A stretch of DNA of 64,000 bases from a virus. Its lineage: Duplodnaviria > Caudoviricetes. Positions 22,453-30,116 of this stretch are shown in pieces; the first letter of the stretch is position 1; the number at the start of each line of letters is the position of its first letter. The notes beneath the pieces are model-generated. The model was not told the DNA's origin, made no database searches, and saw nothing but the letters and a program-made list of their open reading frames with translations. The stretch lies in IMG/VR virus record IMGVR_UViG_3300031998_000008, positions 143,930-207,929 of that record; one strand, 5' to 3'. A program made the position numbers and the translations under genes.

Positions 22453-22857
22453 ATGAAAGAAGAAGTAAAACAATTAAGAGAAGAAATTGCAGCCTTGGAA
22501 AAAGAACAAATCAACATGAAGGCTCAAAGAAAGACCGTCAATTTGAAAGTTGAAAGAACGGTCAACCCATTTGAAGCAGCAGATAACGTAAGATACAATA
22601 GAGGTAAATTAAGAGTTATGTATGCTGCATACGGACTGATGAGAGGTAAACGATTCGAGCAAATCGAAAACCACTATGACAAAGAAAATAACGAGATTCA
22701 CCCATTATACGGGCTTGCATCTAACATAAACGACATATTGAAGAAGTATGGCTACACGATGGAGTACGAAGAAGTACAGACATGGTACGGTAAGAGGAAA
22801 GAATTTAAAAAAGATTGCGATGAAAAGATTGTACGTATTGGTGAACAGGAGGCTTAA
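22453..22857 (+). CDS. hypothetical protein
   Basis: 134 aa ORF; LR..Y.AYGLMRGK.F.QIE. Confidence 0.75.
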   Translation: MKEEVKQLREEIAALEKEQINMKAQRKTVNLKVERTVNPFEAADNVRYNRGKLRVMYAAYGLMRGKRFEQIENHYDKENNEIHPLYGLASNINDILKKYGYTMEYEEVQTWYGKRKEFKKDCDEKIVRIGEQEA

Positions 22858-23107
22858 TCCTGTTTATGGATGTGTACAAGGCGGTCATGCAGTCGCTCAG
22901 TTTATGATAGACAACCCTAATCAGGATTGGGGAAACGAGTTTTTGATTTATTTGTACGCAGACGTTGATAGGTGGGCTGATAAATTGAAGAATATGGGTG
23001 TTAAACATTCAATCTTCAAAGAGCCTGATTTGAACAATTCCATAACAGCAATCGCTTGTCAAGATGATTCTGGGGAGTTATTCAAAAATTTAAGCGTAGT
23101 TAAATAA
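22820..23107 (+). CDS. Peptidyl-tRNA hydrolase 2-like protein
   Basis: LYVLV...L.....VQGGHAVAQF..F.EPDLNNSITAIA resembles the Pth2 fold. Confidence 0.65.
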   Translation: MKRLYVLVNRRLNPVYGCVQGGHAVAQFMIDNPNQDWGNEFLIYLYADVDRWADKLKNMGVKHSIFKEPDLNNSITAIACQDDSGELFKNLSVVK

Positions 23108-23146
23108 CTTAAAAAAGGTATATGGGGAACCTATAATCCCCATAAT

Positions 23147-23217
23147 GGTTCATTGGGCCATCGGTTGGCCAGGCGTCTCTAAAACGCTAAAGAAGGGTTC
23201 GACTCCCTTATGAGCCG
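23147..23217 (+). tRNA. Amber suppressor tRNA, anticodon CTA
   Basis: Acceptor GGTTCAT/ATGAGCC, D stem GGCC/GGCC, anticodon GGCGT-CTCTAAA-ACGCT, T arm AAGGG-TTCGACT-CCCTT. Confidence 0.9.
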
Positions 23218-23247
23218 CTACCAATAAGATTAAACAAATACTATGAA

Positions 23248-23655
23248 ATGGGTAGAGCGTGTAAGAAAACTGCTTCAAAAAAGCAAGTTGTAGATGATGA
23301 TTATGAAGATTATGATGACTATGAAGATGATGACAAATTAAAGGATTATAGTTGTTATAATGAAGAAGATGCAAAGAACAAACATGGTATTGAATTCAAT
23401 ATTTCTGTAAATTCTAAAGACGCTGACGCTGTTCGTAATGCGCTTATTAAGGCTGGCCATGTTAAAATAGCAGACAAACTCGAAATAAAACGTGAACTTT
23501 CAATAATGCATGAAGTTATGGCTTGTGAAGGTAGTAATATCTTGCAAAAGGCCGATAATTGCATTGAAAAGTGGAGAAAAGCAAACGATTATAACGTTTC
23601 AACAGACACAAGAGAGCCAAAATATAAAATGGTACATAAGGTTCTTGCAAAATAA
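23248..23655 (+). CDS. hypothetical protein
   Basis: 135 aa ORF with acidic tract. Confidence 0.7.
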   Translation: MGRACKKTASKKQVVDDDYEDYDDYEDDDKLKDYSCYNEEDAKNKHGIEFNISVNSKDADAVRNALIKAGHVKIADKLEIKRELSIMHEVMACEGSNILQKADNCIEKWRKANDYNVSTDTREPKYKMVHKVLAK

Positions 23656-24242
23656 TGAAACATCAAGGGACTACATCAAATGACTATTGGTATGCGCCCG
23701 ATGGAGATAGATATAATTTTGTTAGAATGAAAACCTTACCAGGATACGAATCAAATGATTGTTTTGGCGATTTTGATTTATACAGAGCAAATCCTTATGT
23801 CGGGCCTGTTATTGTAAGTGATATAACATGCGATTATGCTGCACATTCACCTTATGTTGCATCACTTGACTATGATGACTATTTCTATACAAGAGAACAT
23901 TATGGTCCATGTTATAATATGACATTGACTTGCAACAATCCACTTATATTAAGACGAATTCTTGAATTGATAAGAGAATATGATTTTTCAGATTGTGGAA
24001 TTGATTATAAAAAATGTCTAAATACAACTTTAACATATGTTGGTAAAGTTGATAAAGAAGAAGATTTGCCAAAAATTGCAAAACTCGGAGAGGTTTGTAT
24101 TGCAGACAATAAAATGTTTGTTTACGGAGGTGATGGATGGGAAATGATAACTGATATGGTCCAAGAGGAAGAAGAAACTGAATGTAAAATGGAAATCTGT
24201 AAATATAAGAGAAGACATAGAGTTTTGTATGGAGCAATGTAA
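23655..24242 (+). CDS. hypothetical protein
   Basis: TAATG coupling to previous ORF. Confidence 0.7.
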   Translation: MKHQGTTSNDYWYAPDGDRYNFVRMKTLPGYESNDCFGDFDLYRANPYVGPVIVSDITCDYAAHSPYVASLDYDDYFYTREHYGPCYNMTLTCNNPLILRRILELIREYDFSDCGIDYKKCLNTTLTYVGKVDKEEDLPKIAKLGEVCIADNKMFVYGGDGWEMITDMVQEEEETECKMEICKYKRRHRVLYGAM

Positions 24243-24385
24243 ATATTCAATTGGAAAGCCTGAAATAAAAAAGGAAGAAAAAGAAGCATATGACAAAATA
24301 GTATCAGACCTTTCACATTACGTTGATGGCGAGATATTAAAAGAAATAAAAGAATACTATAATAATTATTAAAACACAATTAACT

Positions 24386-24706
24386 ATGAGTAAATTTAAC
24401 AAAATGTTGACCACAACTGGTTCTGACCTTATCGAAAAAAGAGCGCAAAACAGAACCAAGGATGCACAAGAGGCATTTAACGCTGAAAAGCAAGAAACTG
24501 AAAGAAGAATCAGAGAAATCGAAACTGAAGTTTCAGAAATGGAAGACATGGCAGTCCGTTCAACAGATGCACTTGTCGTTGGTGAAAACATCAATATGGT
24601 AGAGTGGACAAGAAAAAGAATCAACCATGAACTTGAATTGAATGACTTGAGAGTTGAACTTGAAATCATCAACAAACTCATCAAGGAATATTTTGAAGAG
24701 GATTAA
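24386..24706 (+). CDS. Coiled-coil hypothetical protein
   Basis: 106 aa, heptad-like and charged. Confidence 0.75.
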   Translation: MSKFNKMLTTTGSDLIEKRAQNRTKDAQEAFNAEKQETERRIREIETEVSEMEDMAVRSTDALVVGENINMVEWTRKRINHELELNDLRVELEIINKLIKEYFEED

Positions 24707-24710
24707 TTTG

Positions 24711-24968
24711 ATGGATTCAGAGAAAGAAATAAAGGAAAATGTGAGCCTCACGTATTTATTCCATGAGGCTCCTGAAATCCTACCACACTTGGCTTGTCAT
24801 CCAGATTACGATGGGACAATTCCATGCTTAGTGCAAAGAGAAGGTTGCAAATTCTACGAAATATTGTACTATGATTGCCATTATAAATGTTGGAATGATG
24901 CTGAAGATGATGACTATGCATATGGCAATGATATAAAATTGAAATATATACAACTTATCGAAGATTAA
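24711..24968 (+). CDS. hypothetical protein
   Basis: ATG at 24711 just after the previous stop. Confidence 0.6.
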   Translation: MDSEKEIKENVSLTYLFHEAPEILPHLACHPDYDGTIPCLVQREGCKFYEILYYDCHYKCWNDAEDDDYAYGNDIKLKYIQLIED

Positions 24969-25038
24969 AATTTTTGAAAAATATTTGCTTTTTTGAAATA
25001 AAGTTTGTATATTAGAATGTGAAACAAAGGTTTCTGAT

Positions 25039-25139
25039 GCCCGCACGATGCGAAGGCGGCAGGTAAAACTGCTAACCCTACGGAGTACAACATGCCACGT
25101 TGAAGTGGAGGTTCTCAGGTTCGAATCCTGATACGGGCA
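25039..25139 (+). ncRNA. tRNA-like element (aberrant D and anticodon region)
   Basis: GCCCGCA/TACGGGC acceptor, TCAGG-TTCGAAT-CCTGA T arm. Confidence 0.55.
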
Positions 25140-25329
25140 CAAGGGAAATGCGGTCCATGAAGCAAGCCGTATTCGTGTGTTAATGAACGAGACAACTCAT
25201 AGGTGAACACGAATTAGTTTAATAGCGAAGAAAAAACGCCCTTTTTTAAAATTTTTTTATTGGTTTTTGAATTTTTTTAAAAAAAAGTATATTTATAAGT
25301 GTAAAATATCGAAAAATTAAAAAGGATTT

Positions 25330-25562
25330 ATGCAAATGATGAGTAAACATATTAATTTGACAGAAAATACATGCGGTAATCTCAAAGGCTACGGCAAGGG
25401 CTCATCATATGCATGCTCACCAAGAGAAGATTGGCACTTTAGGAGTAAAGGGAAACGAGCGATAGGAAGTTGAAAATAAAAAGCACATAGGTTTCTAACC
25501 ACAACATATTCCCGACCTCTGAAAAGTTTCCCAATCAACAAAAACTACTCAGAGGTTTTTTT
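25330..25562 (+). promoter_or_regulatory. Putative leader peptide (47 aa) and attenuator
   Basis: ORF 25330-25473, then ACCTCTGA..TCAGAGGT-T7; GGGAAAC in the ORF complementary to GTTTCCC in the loop. Confidence 0.4.
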
Positions 25563-25598
25563 ATTGCTCAAAATAATAAAAAAATAATCCGAAAATCA

Positions 25599-25844
25599 AT
25601 GAAAGACACATTAAAACAAATCGTAACAGGTAGCGCAAAACTTGACTGCATGAGAAGTGGCGGAATCGCAGAGTATATAATTACTTCAAGCACAGGCAAC
25701 AGATACCTATTGGAGATTGACTTGTCAGACAAATTTGATTGTGGAGAAACGGCAACTTTTAGTCCATACTACGAAAAGGCTATTATATTAATGAGGTGGA
25801 TTAGAAGGGCCATGGAAAAAGAAAATTTGATAGAATTATCATAA
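25599..25844 (+). CDS. hypothetical protein
   Basis: 81 aa ORF. Confidence 0.7.
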   Translation: MKDTLKQIVTGSAKLDCMRSGGIAEYIITSSTGNRYLLEIDLSDKFDCGETATFSPYYEKAIILMRWIRRAMEKENLIELS

Positions 25845-25887
25845 TTTTGAAAGTTTGGCACGATATTTGATAAGTTTCATCACAAAT

Positions 25888-25959
25888 GGGTTTGTAGCTC
25901 AAAGGCAGAGCAACGGTCTGTTAAACCGTAGGTTGAGATTTCGAAATTCTCCATTCCCT
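25888..25959 (+). tRNA. tRNA-Asn(GTT), mismatched acceptor
   Basis: ACGGT-CTGTTAA-ACCGT. Confidence 0.65.
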
Positions 25960-25984
25960 CAATGTTAAACTAAAAATTAAAAAA

Positions 25985-26218
25985 ATGGGAGTGAGAAACA
26001 GAACATATCGGTCACACTACAAAATAGGAATAAATGGTGAATACGAAGAAAAGAAATCGTATGAGACCGAAAAAGAGGCCCTGAAAGTGGCAAGATTCTT
26101 GAATACAAGAGAAAACATAATCCACAAGATGGTAGCCTACAAATGCGTAAAATGCGGCAAGTGGCACGTTGGAAGCAACAACACCGTGCTTGATGAAGAG
26201 GAAAGAAAAAAAATATAA
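25985..26218 (+). CDS. Small zinc-ribbon-like protein
   Basis: K.SY.T..EA...AYKC.KCGKWHVG. Confidence 0.7.
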   Translation: MGVRNRTYRSHYKIGINGEYEEKKSYETEKEALKVARFLNTRENIIHKMVAYKCVKCGKWHVGSNNTVLDEEERKKI

Positions 26219-26289
26219 AAAAAAGTTGCAGAAAAATTTGTGATATTCAAAAATAGTTTGTATATTCACAATGTTCTTTGAAAACAAAT

Positions 26290-26400
26290 GGGCTGTAAAT
26301 CCGAACAAAATAGCGGAGTGACCTGCTGGTCGAAGTATTATGCATAAGAAGACCATACGGTGGCAATGCGGCCACTGGGGTTCGAGTCCCCAACAGTCCA
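26290..26400 (+). ncRNA. tRNA-like element with G3:U70/A73 acceptor
   Basis: GGGCTGT/ACAGTCC-A, TGGGG-TTCGAGT-CCCCA; no normal anticodon arm. Confidence 0.55.
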
Positions 26401-26405
26401 CATAT

Positions 26406-26476
26406 AGGTGGTTGGTGTAACGGTAACATAGCGGTCTCCAAAACCGTTGTTGAGGGTTCGAATCCTTCACCACCTG
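26406..26476 (+). tRNA. tRNA-Trp(CCA)
   Basis: GCGGT-CTCCAAA-ACCGT; full cloverleaf. Confidence 0.92.
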
Positions 26477-26594
26477 CAAATACTGAAGAGTGCTCTTCGG
26501 TACAGAGTGGATAGTTTAAAAGAAGCACTTGGAAAAACATATGGAGTCCAATCCGTAAGATACAAGTTCGAGTCTTGTTCTGCTTGCAAATAAC

Positions 26595-26675
26595 GCTCGT
26601 TAGGTCGTATAGGGGATTAGTACACTATAAGCGGGACGCTAAGAAACACTGGTTCGAAACCAGTCCAAACGAGCA
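26595..26675 (+). ncRNA. tRNA-like element
   Basis: GCTCGTT/AACGAGC with T arm ACTGG-TTCGAAA-CCAGT; no anticodon arm. Confidence 0.45.
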
Positions 26676-26680
26676 AAAAT

Positions 26681-26755
26681 GCACCTGTGGTCGAGTGGTC
26701 AAAGGCAATGGTCTGCAAAACCATACAATCGTTGGTTCGAATCCAACCAGGTGCT
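26681..26755 (+). tRNA. tRNA-Cys(GCA)
   Basis: ATGGT-CTGCAAA-ACCAT. Confidence 0.92.
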
Positions 26756-26764
26756 CAAGAATAT

Positions 26765-26864
26765 GGAGGATGTGATGTAATGGTAGGCATAGCAGGGTAG
26801 ACCTGTCGGGTGTAATAAATTGGCCATGAATAAGCCCGTGAAAGTTCGAATCTTTCCGCCTCCG
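26765..26864 (+). ncRNA. tRNA-like element (Ser/Tyr-type body, 5-nt anticodon loop)
   Basis: GGAGG/CCTCC-G, GCAGG-GTAGA-CCTGT, T arm. Confidence 0.45.
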
Positions 26865-26887
26865 CAAAGAAGTTCTTTGAAAAACAT

Positions 26888-27023
26888 TGAAGCGTGGTGA
26901 AATGGTAGACACGGCGGTAGTAAACAAAACGCTTACAGTGTATGTAAGTTAACAGCAGTTGGTATTACGTTTCAGGTAGAACCGCTGCCAGTGGCGTTGG
27001 AGGTTCGAATCCTTCCGCTTCAA
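26888..27023 (+). tRNA. tRNA-Leu-type gene with ACAGCA-module insert in the anticodon arm (anticodon uncertain, CAG or TAG)
   Basis: Leu D arm GTGAAATGGTAGACAC, long variable arm, GCGGT/ACCGC stem around a ~60 nt insert with GCTTACA/TGTAAGT-TAACAGCAG. Confidence 0.7.
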
Positions 27024-27075
27024 CAAAAAAGTTTGGCACGATTTTTGATATAGTGCTTATGTTCTTTGAAATTAT

Positions 27076-27148
27076 CGGGATGTAGTTCAGTTGGTAGAAC
27101 GCATGGTTTGGGACCACGAGGTCGCAGGTTCGAGTCCTGTCATCCCGA
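27076..27148 (+). tRNA. tRNA-Pro(TGG)
   Basis: CATGG-TTTGGGA-CCACG. Confidence 0.9.
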
Positions 27149-27262
27149 CAGAAAGATGAAGGCAACTGCATGGACATAATCAATGCCACTATGTTGAGCA
27201 CTAGAAAATATGGCAGATAAAGGTCCTTGGACAAACTCAACTACGGTTAAACTTCATCAAAT

Positions 27263-27432
27263 GGTGCTCTGGCAGATATGGTATATGCACCGGACTGAAT
27301 ACAGAATAAACTGTAAATTAAACTTCGTGTTGGCGAAGAGGAAAACGCAAGACGCTAATCGTCTAACTCATCGGTTCAAATCCGATACACGGAGCAAATC
27401 CGGCTAAGGTGGTTCGAGTCCACTGGGCACCA
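27263..27432 (+). tRNA. tRNA-Phe(GAA) with 97-nt anticodon-loop insert containing a nested tRNA-like gene
   Basis: CCGGA-CTGAA[27300-27396]AA-TCCGG; acceptor GGTGCTC/GGGCACC-A. Confidence 0.75.
27324..27394 (+). ncRNA. Nested tRNA-like element (5-nt anticodon loop CTAAT)
   Basis: TTCGTGT/ACACGGA, GCG/CGC D stem, AGACG/CGTCT, ATCGG-TTCAAAT-CCGAT. Confidence 0.7.
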
Positions 27433-27483
27433 CAGAAAATTTGATAATAAAATAGAAATTAAAATAAAAAAATAGGTAATACG

Positions 27484-27519
27484 ATGACACGATTTAAGAA
27501 ACACATAAAACGACTGTAA
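27484..27519 (+). promoter_or_regulatory. Mini-ORF MTRFKKHIKRL followed by a 10-bp hairpin
   Basis: A-rich leader then ATG; hairpin AATGATGGTA/TACCATCATT at 27522-27554. Confidence 0.4.
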
Positions 27520-27566
27520 GTAATGATGGTACACCTTGTAGTTTTACCATCATTCGGGAAGACTAT

Positions 27567-27639
27567 GGGGATGTAGCAGACACGGTTGTTGCGTGTGACT
27601 GAAAATCACAAGAAGTTGGGTCAGCACCAACCATCCCCA
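27567..27639 (+). tRNA. tRNA-Phe(GAA), atypical T loop
   Basis: TGTGA-CTGAAAA-TCACA; T loop GTCAGCA. Confidence 0.75.
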
Positions 27640-27645
27640 CAATAG

Positions 27646-27719
27646 GGGCTCATAGCATAATTGGTAGTTGCACCTGACTTTTAATCAGGGGGTTCTGGGT
27701 TCGAGTCCCAGTGGGCCCA
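27646..27719 (+). tRNA. tRNA-Lys(TTT)
   Basis: CCTGA-CTTTTAA-TCAGG. Confidence 0.92.
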
Positions 27720-27728
27720 CAAGCAAAT

Positions 27729-27804
27729 GCGCTTGTAACTCAGTGGTTTTCAGAGTACTTGACTTTTAATCAAGGAGTCGTGGGTTCGAGTCCCACCAGG
27801 CGCA
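27729..27804 (+). tRNA. tRNA-Lys(TTT)
   Basis: CTTGA-CTTTTAA-TCAAG. Confidence 0.92.
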
Positions 27805-27810
27805 CTAAAT

Positions 27811-27882
27811 GCCCCAATGGTGTAATGGATAGCACTAAAGTCCACGGAACTTTCAGTGAGGGTTCGAATCCTTCTTGGGGTA
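27811..27882 (+). tRNA. tRNA-Arg(ACG), C33
   Basis: AAAGT-CCACGGA-ACTTT. Confidence 0.85.
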
Positions 27883-27894
27883 CTTTTGACAAAC

Positions 27895-27965
27895 GTCCCT
27901 GTAGGTCAACGGTAGACTAGGTGACTCTTAATCATCGGATTTGGGTTCGAATCCCAGCGGGGGCA
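27895..27965 (+). tRNA. tRNA-Lys(CTT)
   Basis: GGTGA-CTCTTAA-TCATC. Confidence 0.9.
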
Positions 27966-28015
27966 CAAAACTTGGCACGGTTTTTGATAATGTGCAAACG
28001 TTCTTTGAAAAACAT

Positions 28016-28087
28016 GGCTCCATAGTTCAAGGGATAGAACGAGTGCCTTCTAAGCACCAAATCTAGGTTCGAGTCCTAGTGGGGCTA
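28016..28087 (+). tRNA. tRNA-Arg(TCT)
   Basis: AGTGC-CTTCTAA-GCACC. Confidence 0.9.
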
Positions 28088-28095
28088 CAAAACAT

Positions 28096-28167
28096 GCTCC
28101 TATAGTTCAAGGGAGAGAATAGAAGTTTCCTAAACTTTTGATTTAGGTTCGAGTCCTAATAGGAGTA
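28096..28167 (+). tRNA. tRNA-Arg(CCT)
   Basis: GAAGT-TTCCTAA-ACTTT. Confidence 0.9.
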
Positions 28168-28188
28168 CAAACTTAAATTAAATAGAAT

Positions 28189-28359
28189 ATGGGACTTACA
28201 TATGGCGAAGAGCCTGAACCTTGGATGAATAGCGATGCCCATAACAGGCATTGTTCACGTAAAAAAATTAAACGTGAGAGACATAAAAAACTCAGAAGAA
28301 TACCTCTTGACAAAGATGTCAGGTCAATGTTAAAAAGGTACTCAGGCTGGGAATGGTAA
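28189..28359 (+). CDS. Small basic hypothetical protein (56 aa)
   Basis: MGLTYGEEPEPW...RYSGWEW read by eye. Confidence 0.5.
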   Translation: MGLTYGEEPEPWMNSDAHNRHCSRKKIKRERHKKLRRIPLDKDVRSMLKRYSGWEW

Positions 28360-28363
28360 ATAT

Positions 28364-28435
28364 GCGGCGTTAGTACAACGGTTAGTATATCAGCTTGCCA
28401 TGCTGAAGATGTCGGTTCGATTCCGATACGCCGCT
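28364..28435 (+). tRNA. tRNA-Gly(GCC)
   Basis: TCAGC-TTGCCAT-GCTGA. Confidence 0.92.
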
Positions 28436-28557
28436 CTAAGGTAACTTTAGATTACCTGAAGGTGATATGTGGCATCCTCAAGTACAAGGGACACACCATA
28501 CTTTAGATGGTTATCGCTTTCCCTAGGGCGATTTTAAAATAGCACAGTAGGGGTGTA

Positions 28558-28628
28558 GGCGATGTAGTCTAACGGTAGAACGGGGCTCTCATAAGGCCCA
28601 TACGGAAGTTCAACTCTTCCCATCGCCA
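28558..28628 (+). tRNA. tRNA-Met/Ile2(CAT)
   Basis: GGGCT-CTCATAA-GGCCC. Confidence 0.85.
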
Positions 28629-28951
28629 CAAAAAAAAATAAAAAAAAAAGATTTGCTTTTTACAAATTCAATTTGTATATTTGCAATATCAAAAGTTCTT
28701 TGAAAGAATATATCAAGCCGCCCAGTCGGTAGTCGCAGATTACGGTTTGCGATAAAAGTGGTACTTGGAAGCTAATCCGCTCAGTCGGTAAAAGGTAAGG
28801 TGAGAGAGGTCATCTTTAAAACGTCAATTCGTAAGCCTGAAAAGTGATACTTAGCGTTTTCTCAAAAGGACAGAGTTCTTTGACATATTGTGAAATCTGA
28901 ATAAATACAACTTCTAAAGGTTGTCTGTAGTGATACACGCAACCTTCTTAC

Positions 28952-29038
28952 GGAGGCGTGGCTGAGTGGTTTAAGGCGGCGGTCTTGAAAACCGTTGGCC
29001 TCGTAAGGGGCCCGCAGGTTCGAATCCTGCCGCCTCCG
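28952..29038 (+). tRNA. tRNA-Ser(TGA)
   Basis: GCGGT-CTTGAAA-ACCGT, long variable arm. Confidence 0.93.
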
Positions 29039-29105
29039 CAAAAAAAATCTATAACGAGAATACGACATCCTGTAGTAGAGCACTTAGTATTTAAGTTATA
29101 GTAAT

Positions 29106-29233
29106 GCTGGAATCGTCTAATGGATTAGGACACGTAGCAAACAAAATGATTTCAGTCGGAAATGAAATTTAACAGCAGAATTTAGCAATGAAATTCCAAT
29201 TCCGAAATGGGGGTTCGAATCCCTCTTCCAGCT
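29106..29233 (+). tRNA. tRNA-Gly(TCC) with 55-nt ACAGCA-module insert (29135-29189)
   Basis: Removing the insert gives CGGAA-ATTCCAA-TTCCG; acceptor GCTGGAA/TTCCAGC-T. Confidence 0.8.
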
Positions 29234-29235
29234 CT

Positions 29236-29361
29236 TGCAAGTTGGTGTAGTGGCAGCACACGTAGCGACTAATTAGATTTCAGACATGGAATTAGACAGC
29301 AATATTTAAAATGCGATGAAACCATAATTCCGTGACAGAGGTTCGATTCCTCTACTTGCAA
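29236..29361 (+). tRNA. tRNA-Met/Ile2(CAT) with 55-nt ACAGCA-module insert (29263-29317)
   Basis: Removing the insert gives CGGAA-ACCATAA-TTCCG. Confidence 0.78.
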
Positions 29362-29373
29362 CTATTTAAGATT

Positions 29374-29495
29374 TGGGATGTGGTGTAACGGTAGCACACG
29401 TAGCACTTTATGATTTCAGACACGGAATTTTACAGCAATTATTTTAGCGATGAATTTGGGTTTCCGTGGTTTTGGTTCGACTCCAGACGTCCCGA
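29374..29495 (+). tRNA. tRNA-Pro(TGG) with 51-nt ACAGCA-module insert (29401-29451)
   Basis: Removing the insert gives CGGAA-TTTGGGT-TTCCG. Confidence 0.8.
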
Positions 29496-29517
29496 CATGT
29501 TTTTCAGGTTAAGGTAA

Positions 29518-30029
29518 TGAAATCCCAAGTGGGGCCCAATATATAACAGTCCTTGCTATATGGCGTGAGGATAAAGTTGGGAAAATATAGGTAAAAAATG
29601 CATTCTTACGCCCTAATGGTTGATATATTGTGGTATCAATGGTGTGTTTTTATGTGTGTGACTACGCAAATCACACAGATTTCAATCTAATGAAATACCA
29701 AGTGGGTCCTGATATAGCATATTCACAAAAAATGGTTTGTGAAGAAGTCAGGAAAATAGTGGTGAAGATGATTATTCAGTTAATCCTTAACGTTGGCATA
29801 TCGTGGAGCCAACTGTTCGTCTTTGTGTGCGTGACTACGCAAGTCGCACATATTTCGTCATAATGAAACCCCAAGTGGGACCCAATATACAATAGCCTTT
29901 GCTATATGGCGTAAAGGTAAAGTTGGGGTAATATAGGTAAAAATGCTTGGTTGCGCCCTAATGGTTGATATATCGTGGTATCAACAGTGTGTTTTTATGT
30001 GTGTGACTCCGCAAATCACACAGGTTTCA
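29518..30029 (+). ncRNA. Three tandem copies of a ~167-nt structured RNA (29518-29684, 29691-29857, 29864-30029)
   Basis: 173-nt period; closing stems TGAAATC/GATTTCA, TGAAATA/TATTTCG, TGAAACC/GGTTTCA; conserved CCAAGTGGG and GTGACT(A/C)CGCAA. Confidence 0.8.
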
Positions 30030-30116
30030 TTTTTTTTTGGTACACGTTAAAATGTTTTTTTTTATTCGCCTTTACTAATTTTTAAATTTCATTATATTTA
30101 TATAAAAATATTTATA

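Noticed and set aside
23218-23247. Theta (HDV-like) ribozyme after the suppressor tRNA
   Set aside because: Only 30 AT-rich nt separate the tRNA from the next ATG, with no nested pseudoknot
29135-29451. tRNA inserts as group I/II or archaeal BHB introns
   Set aside because: Far too short for self-splicing introns, and I could not draw a convincing bulge-helix-bulge at the junctions
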